From assembly GCF_964355755.1 (NCBI RefSeq), contig NC_092671.1, positions 13,330,001 to 13,394,000 on the forward strand: DNA of 64,000 bases, written 5' to 3'. Below the pieces are notes generated by a model, which was not told the DNA's origin, did not search any database, and saw only the letters and a list, made by a program, of their open reading frames with translations. Below are positions 1 through 15,500 of this stretch, piece by piece (the first letter of the stretch is position 1; every line of letters begins with the position of its first letter). This DNA is from Antedon mediterranea. Taxonomy: Eukaryota; Animalia; Echinodermata. Made by a program: the position numbers and the translations under genes.

Positions 1-3000
1 CGTTACTACTGATGAAGGTATAACAACACAGGCTTCAACCACATTGTTTGACTCAACAACAGGTTTAGATATAACAACACAGAACGATTCTACAACAGTT
101 GACGTTACTACTGATGAAGGTATAACAACACAAGCCTCAACCACATTGTTTGATTCAACAACAGGTTTGGATATATCAACACAGAAAGAGTCTACAACAG
201 TTGACGTAACTACTGATGAAGGTATAACAACTCAAGCCTCAACTACATTGTTTGACTCAACGACAGGTTTAGATATAACAACACAGCAAGATTCTACAAC
301 AGTTTACGTAACTACTGATGAAGTACAAGCTTCAACCACATTGTTTGACTCAACAACAGATTTGGATATAACAACACAGCAAGATTCTACAACAGTTGAC
401 GTAACTACTGATGAAGGTATAACAACACAAGCTTCAACCACATTGTTTGACTCAACAACTGGTTTGGATATAACAACACAGCAAGATTCTACAACAGTTG
501 ACGTAACTACTGATGAAGGTATAACAACACAAGCTTCAACCACTTTGTTTGACTCAACAACAGGTTTGGATATAACAACACAGCACGATTCCACAACAGA
601 TGACGTAACTCCTGATGAAGGTCAAACAACACAAGCTTCAACGACTTTTTTTGACTCAACAACAGGTTTGGATAAAACAACACAGCTAGATTCTACAACA
701 GTTGACGTTACTACTGATGAAGGTATAACAACACAAGCTTCAACAACTTTGTTTGACTCAACAACAGGTTTGGATATAACAACACAGCAAGATTCTACAA
801 CAGTTGACGTTACTACTGATGAAGGTATAACAACACAAGCTTCAACCACTTTGTTTGACTCAACAACAGGTTTGGATAAAACAACACAGCAAGATTCTAC
901 AACAGTTGACGTTACTACTGATGAAGGTATAACAACACAAGCCTCAACAGCTTTGTTTGACTCAACAACAGGTTTGGATATAACAACACAGCAAGATTCT
1001 ACAACAGTTGACGTAACTACTGATGAAGGTATTACAACACAAGCCTCAACCACTTTGTTTGACTCAACAACAGGTTTGGATAGTTCAACAGGTTTGGATA
1101 TAACAACACAGCAAGATTCTACAACAGTTGACGTAACTACTGATGAAGGTATAACAACACAAGCTTCAACCACTTTGTTTGACTCAACAACAGGTTTTGA
1201 TATAACAACACAGCAAGATTCTACAACCGTTGACGTAACTACTGATGAAGGTCAAACAACACAAGCTTCAACGACTTTTTTTTACTCAACAACAGGTTTG
1301 GATAAAACAACACAGCAAGATTCTAAAACAGTTGACGTTACTACTGATGATGGTATAACTTCACAAGCTTCAACATCTTTGTTTGACTCAACAACAAGTT
1401 TGGATATAACAATACAGCAAGATTCTACAACAGTTGACGTAACTACCGATGAAGGTATAACAACACAAACTTCAACCACTTTCTTTGACTCAACAACAGG
1501 TTTGGATATAACAACACAGCAAGATTCTACAACAGTTGACATAACTACTGACGAAGGTATTACAACACAAGCTTCAACTACTTTGTTTGACTCAACAACA
1601 GGTTTGGATATAACAACACAGCAAGATTCTACAACAGTTGACGTTACTGCTGATGAAGGTATAACAACACACGCCTCAACAACTTTGTTTGATTCAACAA
1701 CAGGTTTGGATATAACAACACAGCCAGATTCTACAACATTTGACGTTACTACTGATGAAGGTATAACAACACAAGCTTCAACCACTTTGTTTGACTCAAC
1801 AACAGGTTTGGATATAACAACACAGCAATATTCTACAACAGTTGACGTTACTACTGATGAAGGTATAACAAAACAAGCTTCAACCACATTTTTTGACTCA
1901 ACAACAGGTGTGGATATAACAACACAGCAAGATTCTACAACATTTGACGTTACTATTGATGAAGGTATAACAACACAAGCCTCAACCACATATTTTGATT
2001 CAACAACAGGTTTAGATATAACAACACAGGAAGATTCTACAACAGTTGACGTTACTACTGATGAATGTATAACAACACAAACCTCAACCACTTTGTTTGA
2101 TTCAACAACAGGTTTGGATATAACAACACAGCAAGATTCTACAACGGTTGACGTAACTACTGATGAAGGTATAACAACACAAGCTTCAACCACTTTGTTT
2201 GACTCAACAACAGGTTTGGATATAACAACACAGAAAGAGTCTACAACAGTTTACGTAACTACTGATGAAGGTATAACAACACAAGCTTCAACCACTTTGT
2301 TTGACTCAACAACAGGTTTGGATATAACAACACAGCAAGATTCTACAACGGTTGACGTAACTACTGATGAAGGTATAACAACACAAGCTTCAACCACATT
2401 GTTTGACTCAACAACAGGTTTAGATATAACAACACAGAAAGAGTCTACAACAATTGACGTTAAGACTGATGAAGGTATAACAATACAATCTTCAACCACA
2501 TTGTTTGATTCAACAACAGGTTTGGATATAACAACACAGGAAGATTCTACAACAGTTGACGTTACTACTGATGAAGGTATAACAACACAAACCTCAACCA
2601 CTTTGTTTGATTCAACAACAGGTTTGGATATAACAACACAGCAAGATTCTACAACAGTTGACGTTACTACTGATGAAGGTATAACAACACAAGCCTCAAC
2701 CACATTGTTTCACTCAACAACAGGTTTGGATATAACAACACAGAAAAAGTCTACAACAGTTGACGTTACTCCTGATGAAGGTATAACAACACAAGCTTCA
2801 ACAACTTTGTTTGGCTCAACAACAGGATTGGATATAACAACACAGCAAGATTCTACAACAGTTGACGTTACTACTGATGAAGGTATAACAACACAAGCCT
2901 CAACCACATTGTTTGATTCAACAACAGGTTTGGATATAACAACACAGAAAGAGTCTACAACAGTTGACGTTACTACTGATGAAGGTATAACAACACAAAC

Positions 3001-6000
3001 CTCAACCACATTGTTTGGCTCAACAACAGGTTTGGATATAACAACACAGCAAGATTCCACAACAGATGACGTAACTTCTGATGAAGGTATAACAACACAA
3101 ACTTCTACCACTTTGTTTGACTCAACAACAGGTGTGGATATAACAACACAGCAAGATTCTACAACAGTTGACGTAACTACTGATGAAGTACAAGCTTCAA
3201 CCACATTGTTTGACTCAACAACAGGTTTGGATATAACAACACAGCAAGATTCTACAACAGTTGACGTAACTACTGATGAAGTACAAGCTTCAACCACATT
3301 GTTTGACTCAACAACAGGTTTGGATATAACAACACAGCAAGATTCTACAACAGTTGAGGTTACTACTGATGAAGGTATAACAACACAAGCTTCAACCACT
3401 TTGTTTGACTCAACAACAGGTTTGGATATAACAACACAGCAAGATTCCACAACAGATGACGTAACTACTGATGAAGGTATAACAACACAAACTTCTACCA
3501 CTTTGTTTGACTCAACAACAGGTTTGGATATAACAACACAGCAAGATTCTACAACAGTTGACGTTACTACTGATGAAGGTATAACAACACAAGCTTCAAC
3601 CACTTTGTTTGACTCAAAAACAGGTTTGGATATAACAACACAGCAAGATTCCACAACAGATGACGTAACTACTGATGAAGGTATAACAACACAAACTTCT
3701 ACCACTTTGTTTGACTCAACAACAGGTTTGGATATAACAACACAGCAAGATTCTACAACAGTTGACGTTACTACTGATGAAGGTATAACAACACAAGCCT
3801 CAACCACATTGTTTGACTCAACAACAGGTTTAGATATAACAACACAGCAAGATTCTACAACAGTTAACGTAACTACTGATGAAGTACAAGCTTCAACCAC
3901 ATTGTTTGACTCAACAACAGGTTTGGATATAACAACACAGCAAGATTCTATAACAGTGGACGTAACTGCTGATGAAGGTATAACAACACAAGCTTCAACC
4001 ACTTTGTTTGACTCAACAACAGGTTTGGATATAACAACACAGCAAGATTCCACAACAGATGACGTAACTACTGATGAAGGTCAAACAACACAAGCTTCAA
4101 CGACTTTTTTTGACTCAACAACAGGTTTGGATAAAACAACACAGCAAGATTCTACAACAGTGGACGTAACTACAGATGAAGGTATAACAACACAAGCTTC
4201 AACCACTTTGTTTTACTCAACAACAGGTTTGGATATAACAACACAGCAAGATTCCACAACAGATGACGTAACTACTGATGAAGGTCAAACAACACAAGCT
4301 TCAACGACTTTTTTTGACTCAACAACAGGTTTGGAAAAAACAACACAGCAAGATTCTACAACAGTTGACGTTACTACTGATGAAGGTATAACAACACAAG
4401 CTTCAACCACTTTGTTTGACTCAACAACAGGTTTGGATAAAACAACACAGCAAGATTCTACAACAGTTGACGTTACTACTGATGAAGGTATAACAACACA
4501 AGCTTCAACCACTTTGTTTGACTCAACAACAAGTGTAGATATAACAACACAGCAAGATTCTACAACAGTTGACCTTACTACTGATGAAGGTATAACAACA
4601 CAAGCCTCAACAGCTTTGTTTGACTCAACAACAGGTTTGGATATAACAACACAGCAAGATTCTACAACAGTTGACGTAACTACTGATGAAGGTATTACAA
4701 CACAAGCCTCAACCACTTTGTTTGACTCAACAACAGGTTTGGATAGTTCAACAGGTTTGGATATAACAACACAGCAAGATTCTACAACTGTTGACGTTAC
4801 TACTGATGATGGTATAACTTCACAAGCTTCAACATCTTTGTTTGACTCAACAACAGGTTTGGATAAAACAACACAGCTAGATTCTACAACAGTTGACGTA
4901 ACTACTGATGAAGGTATAACAACACAAACTTCAACCACTTTCTTTGACTCAACAACAGGTTTGGATATAACAACACAGCAAGATTCTACAACAGTTGACA
5001 TAACTACTGACGAAGGTATTACAACACAAGCTTCAACTACTTTGTTTGACTCAACAACAGGTTTGGATATAACAACACAGCAAGATTCTACACCAGTTGA
5101 CGTTACTGCTGATGAAGGTATAACAACACAAGCCTCAACAACTTTGTTTGATTCAACAACAGGTTTGGATATAACAACACAGCCAGATTCTACAACATTT
5201 GACGTTACTACTGATGAAGGTATAACAACACAAGCTTCAACCACTTTGTTTGACTCAACAACAGGTTTGGATATAACAACACAGCAATATTCTACAACAG
5301 TTGACGTTACTACTGATGAAGGTATAACAAAACAAGCTTCAACCACATTTTTTGACTCAACAACAGTAACAACACAAACCTCAACCACATTGTTTGGCTC
5401 AACAACAGGTTTGGATATAACAACACAGGAAGATTCTACAACACTGCAAGAATCTACAACAGTTGACGTTACTACTGATGAAGGTATAACAACACAAGCT
5501 TCAACCACATTATTTGATTCAACAACAGGTTTGGATATAACAACACAGAAAGATTCTACAATAGTTGACGTTACGACTGATGAAGGTATAACAACACAAG
5601 CTTCAACCACTTTGTTTGACTCAACAACAGGTGTTGATATAACAACACAGCAAGATTCTACAACAGTTGATGTTACTACTGATGAAGGTATAACAACACA
5701 AACCTCAACCACATTGTTTGGCTCAACAACAGGTTTGGATATAACAACACAGGAAGATTCTACAACAGTTAACGTTACTACTGATGAAGGTATAACAACA
5801 CAAGCTTCAACCACATTATTTGATTCAACAACAGGTTTGGATATAACAACACAGAAAGAGTCTACAACAGTTGACGTTGCGACTGATGAAGGTATAACAA
5901 CACAAACCTCAACAACATTGTTTGGCTCAACAACAGGTTTGGATATAACAACACAGGAAGATTCTACAACAGTTAACGTTACTACTGATGAAGGTATAAC

Positions 6001-9000
6001 AACACAAGCCTCAACCACATTGTTTGATTCAACAACAGGTTTGGATATAACAACACAGAAAGAGTCTACAACAGTTGACGTTACTACTGATGAAGGTATA
6101 ACAACACAAGCTTCAACCACATTATTTGATTCAACAACAGGTTTGGATATAACAACACAGAAAGAGTCTACAACAGTTGACGTTACTACTGATGAAGGTA
6201 TAACAACACAAGCTTCAACCACATTGTTTGGCTCAACAACAAGTTTGGATATAACAATACAGGAAGATTCTAGAACAGTTAACGTTACTACTGATGAAGG
6301 TATAACAACACAAGCTTCAACCACATTATTTGATTCAACAACAGGTTTGGATATAACAACACAGGAAGATTCTACAACAGTTGACGTTACGACTGATGAA
6401 GGTATAACAACACAAGCTTCAACCAATTTGTTTGACTCAACAACAGGTGTTGATATAACAACACAGCAAGATTCTACAACAATTGACGTTACTACTGATG
6501 AAGGGATAACAACACAAACCTCAACCACATTGTTTGGCTCAACAACAGGTTTGGATATAACAACACAGGAAGATTCTACAACAGTTAACGTTACTACTGA
6601 TGAAGGTATAACAACACAAGCTTCAACCACATTATTTGATTCAACAACAGGTTTGGATATAACAACACAGAAAGAGTCTACAACAGTTGACGTTACTACT
6701 GATGAAGGTATAACAACACAAACCTCAACCACATTGTTTGGCTCAACAGCAGGTTTGGATATAACAACACAGGAAGATTCTACAACAGTTGACGTAACTA
6801 CTGATGAAGGTATAACAACACAAGCTTCAACCACTTTGTTTGACTCAACAACAGGTTTGGATATAACAACACAGCAAGATTCTACAACAGTTGACGTTAC
6901 TACTGATGAAGGTATAACAACACAAGCCTCAACCACTTTGTTTGACTCAACAACAGGTTTTGATATAACAACACAGCAAGATTCTACAATAGTTGACGTA
7001 ACTACTGATGAAGGTATAACAACACAAGCTTCAACCACTTTGTTTGACTCAACAACAGGTGTTGATATAACAACACTGCAAGATTCTACAACAGTTGACG
7101 TTACTACTGATGAAGGTATAACAACACAAACCTCAACCACATTGTTTGGCTCAACAACAGGTTTGGATATAACAACACAGGAAGATTCTACAACAGTTGA
7201 CGTTACTACTGATGGAGGTATAACAACACAAACCTCAACCACATTGTTTGATTCAACAACAGGTTTGGATATAACAACACAGAAAGAGTCTACAACAGTT
7301 GACGTTACTACTGATGAAGGTATAACAACACAAGCTTCAACCACATTATTTGATTCAACAACAGGTTTGGATATAACAACACAGAAAGAGTCTACAACAG
7401 TTGACGTTACTACTGATGAAGGTATAACAACACAAGCTTCAACCACATTGTTTGGCTCAACAACAAGTTTGGATATAACAATACAGGAAGATTCTACAAC
7501 AGTTAACGTTACTACTGATGAAGGTATAACAACACAAGCTTCAACCACATTATTTGATTCAACAACAGGTTTGGATATAACAACACAGGAAGATTCTACA
7601 ACAGTTGACGTTACGACTGATGAAGGTATAACAACACAAGCTTCAACCAATTTGTTTGACTCAACAACAGGTGTTGATATAACAACACAGCAAGATTCTA
7701 CAACAATTGACGTTACTACTGATGAAGGGATAACAACACAAACCTCAACCACATTGTTTGGCTCAACAACAGGTTTGGATATAACAACACAGGAAGATTC
7801 TACAACAGTTAACGTTACTACTGATGAAGGTATAACAACACAAGCTTCAACCACATTATTTGATTCAACAACAGGTTTGGATATAACAAAACAGAAAGAG
7901 TCTACAACAGTTGACGTTACTACTGATGAAGGTATAACAACACAAACCTCAACCACATTGTTTGGCTCAACAGCAGGTTTGGATATAACAACACAGGAAG
8001 ATTCTACAACAGTTGACGTAACTACTGATGAAGGTATAACAACACAAGCTTCAACCACTTTGTTTGACTCAACAACAGGTTTGGATATAACAACACAGCA
8101 AGATTCTACAACAGTTGACGTTACTACTGATGAAGGTATAACAACACAAGCCTCAACCACTTTGTTTGACTCAACAACAGGTTTTGATATAACAACACAG
8201 CAAGATTCTACAATAGTTGACGTAACTACTGATGAAGGTATAACAACACAAGCTTCAACCACTTTGTTTGACTCAACAACAGGTGTTGATATAACAACAC
8301 TGCAAGATTCTACAACAGTTGACGTTACTACTGATGAAGGTATAAAAACACAAACCTCAACCACATTGTTTGGCTCAACAACAGGTTTGGATATAACAAC
8401 ACAGGAAGATTCTACAACAGTTGACGTTACTACTGATGGAGGTATAACAACACAAACCTCAACCACATTGTTTGGCTCAACAACAGGTTTGGATATAACA
8501 ACACAGGAAGATTCTACAACAGTTGACGTAACTACTGATGAAGGTATAACAACACAAGCCTCAACCACTTTGTTTGATTCAACAACAGGTTTGGATATAA
8601 CAACACAGAAAAAATCTACAACAGTTGACGTTACTACTGATGAAGGTATAATAACACAAGCCTCAACCACTTTGTTTGACTCAACAACAGGTTTTGATAT
8701 AACAACACAGCAAGATTCTACAATAGTTGACGTAACTACTGATGAAGGTATAACAACACAAGCTTCAACCACTTTGTTTGACTCAACAACAGGTGTTGAT
8801 ATAACAACACTGCAAGATTCTACAACAGTTGACGTTACTACTGATGAAGGTATAACAACACAAACCTCAACCACATTGTTTGGCTCAACAACAGGTTTGG
8901 ATATAACAACACAGGAAGATTCTACAACAGTTGACGTTACTACTGATGGAGGTATAACAACACAAACCTCAACCACATTGTTTGGCTCAACAACAGGTTT

Positions 9001-9325
9001 GGATATAACAACACAGGAAGATTCTACAACAGTTGACGTAACTACTGATGAAGGTATAACAACACAAGCCTCAACCACTTTGTTTGATTCAACAACAGGT
9101 TTGGATATAACAACACAGAAAAAATCTACAACAGTTGACGTTACGACTGATGAAGGTATAACAACACAAGCCTCAACCACATTGTTTGGCTCAACAACAG
9201 GTTTGGATATAACAACACAGGAAGATTCTACAACAGTTGACGTCACGACTGATGAAGGTATAACAATCCAAACTTCAACCACTTTCTTTGACTCAACAAC
9301 AGGTTTGGATAAAACAACACTTGCT
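1..9325 (+). repeat. Coding tandem repeat, 102-bp unit (consensus [34 protein letters not shown]), ~91 copies in window
   Basis: Directly visible periodicity. Variants include a 93-bp unit (DEVQAS) and an 18-bp insertion (DSSTGL). Confidence 0.97.
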
Positions 9326-9581
9326 GACCCTACATCAGTTGTACTTTCTACAACCATATTCGATTCAACAACAGGTGTTGATATGTCAACTGCAGATGTA
9401 TCTACAGTAGATGATTTAATTACTGGTACAACTGTCAATAATGATTTAACAACCATGTATTCTACAACTGTACCTGATTTAACCAGTATAGACACGACAT
9501 ATGTCACCATGGCTAAATATACTAGTAAAGAGACCTTCTCAACATCTGAAATGTTATCTACCATCTTTACAACTATTCCAG
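1..9581 (+). CDS. Large mucin-domain exon (Thr/Ser/Asp-rich tandem repeats), open from the window edge
   Basis: Frame is open from position 2 to the donor CCAG|gtaggg at 9581. The ORF-track start at 44 is a TTG inside the repeat, not a true start. Confidence 0.92.
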
Positions 9582-12500
9582 GTAGGGTATTAATTTAATA
9601 GGATTATTTAATTGATATTTTAATCTATCATTTAAATCGAATTTAGTTTTTACGTATATTTGATTTGAACACATTCTAGTGTAGTTAGTTTGTAATTTCG
9701 GTAATTGTTACAGATGTAAAGTGCCCTACAGATCAGGTTTTGTGTGTTGGCAGTACTATTTGCATACCTAAATCCTATTTATGTGATTTACACACCGACT
9801 GTATAAACGGATATGATGAGACCGAAGAAGCTGGGTGTGGTAAGTAAACTTTGGTTTTTTACTTGGACGCAACTTAATGACGTAAGTACAACGCGAGTGA
9901 GCTGACCAATCACAAGCGACAGTTTGGATGATCCATTGCGTCGTGATTGGTCAAATTCGTTGCGTCCAAATGGTAACCAGGCGTTGTATTATTTGTGTTG
10001 CAAAATATTAGCTTGGTCGCTGTTTAGTAGGTATGTCTATGTACTCAAATGTTCCAACCAGGGTAAATTGTTCTACACTCATTGACTACAAGTATGTTAC
10101 AGTTAATTTCAGGAGTCGATGTAGCCGCATTTATAAAATAAATGAAACAAAATTGACTATACATCCCTTTCTAAAAATAAAAATTACATTCTTATTTTCA
10201 ATGTTTTAACATTTGCAATAACACTCCTCTAACCTTAATTAAAATTCCTTATTTCCACCTTTAGTTTGCAAAAGTGATGACTACCAATGTAATAATGGAG
10301 AATGTGTACCATATGATTATTTATGTGATGATTATAATGATTGTGTCAATAACGAAGATGAAGAACTTGACATCTGTTATGGTTTGTAAACAATGTGTAA
10401 TGATGAAAATGATGTAATAAACAATGTAATAAAATATTAAAATGTAAACATTAGGTATAATATAATAATCATAATTATAGGTCAAACCAAATCATCAAAT
10501 TGTGAAAATATCCTTTTCTGCTTTATTATTATATCAGTTTTATTTTTAATTAACTTATTTTGATAATTTTGTTTCAATTTTTCAATTTCAGAGACTTGTT
10601 CCTTTCCAAATAATGATCCTAATGGATATTTTGTACCGTTCAAGTTTAAATATAAACCAGATGAGACCATAACCTACATGTGTCAACAAGGGTATACATT
10701 AGTTGGTCATAATACCAGTATTTGCAACAACACAAAATGGTCAAATGAATCTCCACAATGTCATAGTAAGTATTTAGATTACATAACGAAATGTATAGGA
10801 AATACAAGTGACATTATGTGTCAATATTGCCTCAGCTGTCTGAAGTATTCGAAATAGAGTATTATTATATAATTTTTTATTATATTATGTATTGTATTGT
10901 AATGAATTATACGTTTTTTATTATATTACTTGGTTTTAGCATTATACTATAAACATTAATGTATCAAAATATATTATTATTATTATTCTATCTATTTTTA
11001 ATATATTATGCATGTATGTATGTATTATATTATTTGGTTTTAGCATTATATTATGAACATTTACTATTATATTATCAATAAAAATAAAATTAATTATATT
11101 ATACCATAATTGTATTATATTAAATGCATATACCTTACTTTATAACACAAAACATTATTATATCATGCGTATTCGTTATGATATTAGGTTTACGAAAGGG
11201 CTGATGGGATACTTTTACTTTTTTAACTTAAATGTTATGGGGCTACCCCATGGAGGTATTTACCTCCTAGGCTGCGCTAGTAGGTAAGAATAATGATTAG
11301 TTATAATAGAAAACGTATAATTTATTACAATACAATTCATAATATAATTTAAAAAAATGATATAATACTCTATTTCGAATACTTCAGACAGATGAGGCTT
11401 GCCATATTTCAATGTGATTTTAATAGTTGGATGACGTGGACCAATATATTATTTTTATTCACATCCATACATTTTAATTTAAACAGAGGTTTGCAATAGT
11501 TTAATTGCACCAAGCAATGGTCAAGTAGTCCCTAGTGGTTCAGTAGACCACGGAGAAACTGTTTCGTTTATGTGCAATAATGGATACAATTTAGTTGGTA
11601 GAGAAACGCTGATGTGTGAGGATGGAAAATACAATGAAGTCATTCCTACATGCGTTGGTAAATATTTCTCCTTTTATTTATACATTGCAAATAATTAATT
11701 ACTTCATTGTCTAAAACATACTTTGATACTGTTTGATACTAACATTTTCTAGCCCTAAAATGAATCAGTTTAGCCAAAGATATCTTATTAAAGAATACAC
11801 GACAATGATATACTATTTAAATGACCATCGTATTAGTTTTAGTTTTAGGCTACTGACAGTTGCATATGTCTACTGTGTGAGTAGGCCTATAAAGAATAAT
11901 ATTTCTTCGGCTAGCCTTATTAATAGATAGTAGAGAGGAGCCACGAGTTAGCATAAGAAAAGTTATTGGAACGTACATTTTGGTAACTCATGCCAATAAA
12001 ACATCCAAGAATACTGTCTAATTTTGGTCTTGAAATTGCTTCAGAACATACAGTATAGTATATCTGCAATCCCGCTCCACCTTGTTTCGGATGGGGAAGT
12101 TGACACAAAGCGTTAATTTGTTTTCCTTTATAGAAATTAACGACTGTGAATCGGAACCGTGTTTAAATGGAGGTACATGTTTAGATGGTGTATCACAATA
12201 TACCTGTACTTGCACTGAACAGTGGGAAGATGCAAACTGCACCACAGGTATAAAATAGTGACTCTTTAGCTTGAAATTATATATTTCACATGTTTAAATC
12301 TTCTAATTTTTTTTGAGTGGTTTAACATTAAATACATCATCATAAGCATAACATTCTCTGGCTCACAATTTATTGAACATGAACATGTGGATTTCTATAC
12401 CATGAGACAATAGGATGTTTTATTCTTTGTGTAAGTACATGTGCTATGAAATGAACCCCATATTTATAATACTTTACAGATGTTGATGAATGTACTGAAG

Positions 12501-15500
12501 GGAAATACGAATGCGATGTACATGCATCATGTAATAATACGATTGGAAGTTACAACTGTACATGCAACGATGGTTATAAAGGCGACGGAATAACGTGTTA
12601 CGGTAAATATTATGGCATTACAGGAGACAGGTGTATTACACCCATAAACATGATAATACCAGTTTTATTTTATATATACATTCCAGGAAAATACTAATCT
12701 TGATAGAATTCAATTGAAATTTCTAATTTTTAGAACAAACCTTTTTTGACTACAACCAAGAAACAAGCTCAAGTTTACGAGAAAATCATGATTCAACAAA
12801 TGGCACGGAACTGATTTCACTCACAATTAAACCATCGTGTGGATTCCCATATGGAAATAAATTTTACAAAGAATTGTATGTAAGTATGTTATGTGTGAAG
12901 TCAAGTCATGCTAAACAAAAATATATAACCTATGTTATTTCTTCATACATTCATTCATCAAAAAATTACTTATATTTAATTTATTGTCATTTGCATATAA
13001 AATACACTTAGACATTTTTGCTCTAAGATATACAAAAACAGATAAATGAAAACTAACAAAAACAATTACAAAGTTTCACATCACTCTTGTACGGTATACT
13101 GACAAACATTCAATGCCCGAATGGCAGCTGGATACAAGCTATTACGAAATTTATTTGTACGGGAGATGATAGACTACCGCTACGTAACACCTCAAATACA
13201 TTATAGAATGTGTTTTCTTAATTAATCGATTTTCAAAACGGATTCAATCGAATATTCAAATTTCAATGTTGTATGATCATTAACACAAAACACAGAGAGG
13301 GTGGTTGAGCTGTAACCTGCTCACGATACATATAATTATACTACGCGCTTTCCGCTTACCGTCACCGCTCGTCTGTGTAAATTGGCCTTGATAACTTCCG
13401 TTTGATGTTTACAAATTTGTTGTGTTTACTATTTATTATTGCCGTAAATGAGTAGTTTGGACCAATACTTGACTTACTGTTTGTTTTTCTGACATAGTTT
13501 ACCGAGAATGGTGTCATCGCATTTATTGAAGAAAATGCAGAAAAATATGGATATCCTAATGCATACGACAATGGGTTTTCTGGTGATAGTGCTCAAGCTA
13601 TGCTCATTGCACCATTTTGGACCGACGTTGACCTAACTCAAGAGTATGGTGATGTCTATTACCAGGTAAAAAACAAAATTGTTATTACATATAACACAGT
13701 TTCGACAATGTATTATGTATTATGTTAATTTGGTCGTTTGTATCATAATGACATACAAACTATTTTTACTTTTATAGGTCCACGACACATATGACTCTGT
13801 TATTATGGATGCTAACCAAAGAATTCAAAATAATCAGGATACCAGTAGTCTACAGTTTAATGGAACTTGGATGTTGGTTGTTACTTGGTACCAAGTTCCT
13901 CAATATTTAGTAAATTACACTTATAAAAAGGTAATTAATTTATTGTTAAAATAAACAATTAATACATTTTCAAATATATATATTATATTGTCTAGATAAC
14001 TAGATCGTCGGGTTACAGTGCTCAATACCATTGGTATAGCTAGATATGTATAAATATATTAAAATAAAACTTGGTTATTTCATGGTATTCACTACAAATT
14101 TGTTTCGTTGCTAGCAGGGCTAACACACTCATCAGGTCGAAAGTAAAACTTTTCAATCTTATGCTTAATTTGTTTTGTATTTTAGCCAAACACATTCCAA
14201 GCAGCTTTGATAACAGATGGAATATATGGATATATATTTTTCAATTTTGAGGAGCCAAAAATGTTATGGGATACATCTATTATAGTGAATAAAAACTTGA
14301 TCATTGGATATAACCGCGGAGACGCGTTAGTGAATGTGCAGTCGGATTTCTTTCAATCTATGAATGACGCCTATAAACCAGATAGTATAAATGGAAACAC
14401 AAATTTAAGAGGAAGGTGGATTTACCGAAGCGAGAGCAATACAGAAAATACAGTGAATCCATGTCTTAAGTGTGTAGAATGGTACACCAGGCAGCCAGAA
14501 AATGACGAATGGATTGGAGAGCTAGGCTCGTGTCCTTGTGGCTTTAGTCAGGGAAGTGGTGATCTGGCCTATTCACAAAGTAATAACAACACCGACTTGG
14601 ATCCACAATTGGATGATGCTATATTGGCTAATATAGAAAAGTTATCTGGTAGGTAAAACACACCTGGTATATATACTTATGATATGGCAAACACAAATAA
14701 GCTGCTCATACGATGCAATTTCATGCAGTGTTTTTCTCATTTCATTTCAAAAGACATTTATTTTCCTCCATAGCAATAGAAAATAGTATACAGAAATGAT
14801 AAGGTGAAAAAAAATTAAGATTATGATGATTGTTGGATGGACAAAAGAAAAGAAAAATTAAATAGGCTATGGAGGAAGGCATAATGCCTAGAAGATGTGG
14901 GTATCTTGTACTGGGTATCCCTATGCAAATAAAATGGATATGTTTATAAGAGTGGGAATTAAGAGAAACAAGCAATACAAAAAAAAAAACGCGCAGACAA
15001 GGAAAAAACGTAAATAAAAAATAAAATAATAAAAAAAAAAAAGAAAAAAAAAAGATCAGTTTGTAGTGTTATTATGCCTTTCTGTAATTTTTTCTTATTA
15101 TCAACGTTAATATTGTTATTACCTTCTATAGGCTCCCCTTTCTGTTTGATTACTGCACTACCAAATAGTAATGGAGCGGGCATGCAATGCTGTTACAGGG
15201 ACGATCATTCACTAATTGAAGGTTTTGGAACAACTCAATCCAGTAGTTTTGTACTCATGCATCAATTTCTAACAGGGAATGCATTTCTTTCTGATCAATA
15301 TCAAAATTACATTGGTAAATGTTATGTTCTTAATGCTTATGTGATAAACTATTTATTATGATTGCTGTGATTGATTGAACTTTATACAAAATTCTATTTT
15401 GGGTAAAAAACTTGTAACATTCATACTTTAATTAGTACTTGAAATTCTATATTTCCTTTTTTAAATGATAGATGAGGATTTGTATCCACGTTACTACTGT

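Noticed and set aside
1-9325. Regular repeats resembling a CRISPR array or satellite; CTGATGA in almost every unit
   Set aside because: There are no unique spacers and the array is in-frame coding sequence in a eukaryotic gene. CTGATGA simply encodes T-D-E and has no downstream GAAA core or stems.
304-9564. Long minus-strand Val/Cys/Ser-rich ORFs (up to 1759 aa)
   Set aside because: They are the antisense shadow of the ACA/ACT-rich coding repeat. They are interrupted by stops while the + frame never is, and they show no splice or domain support.
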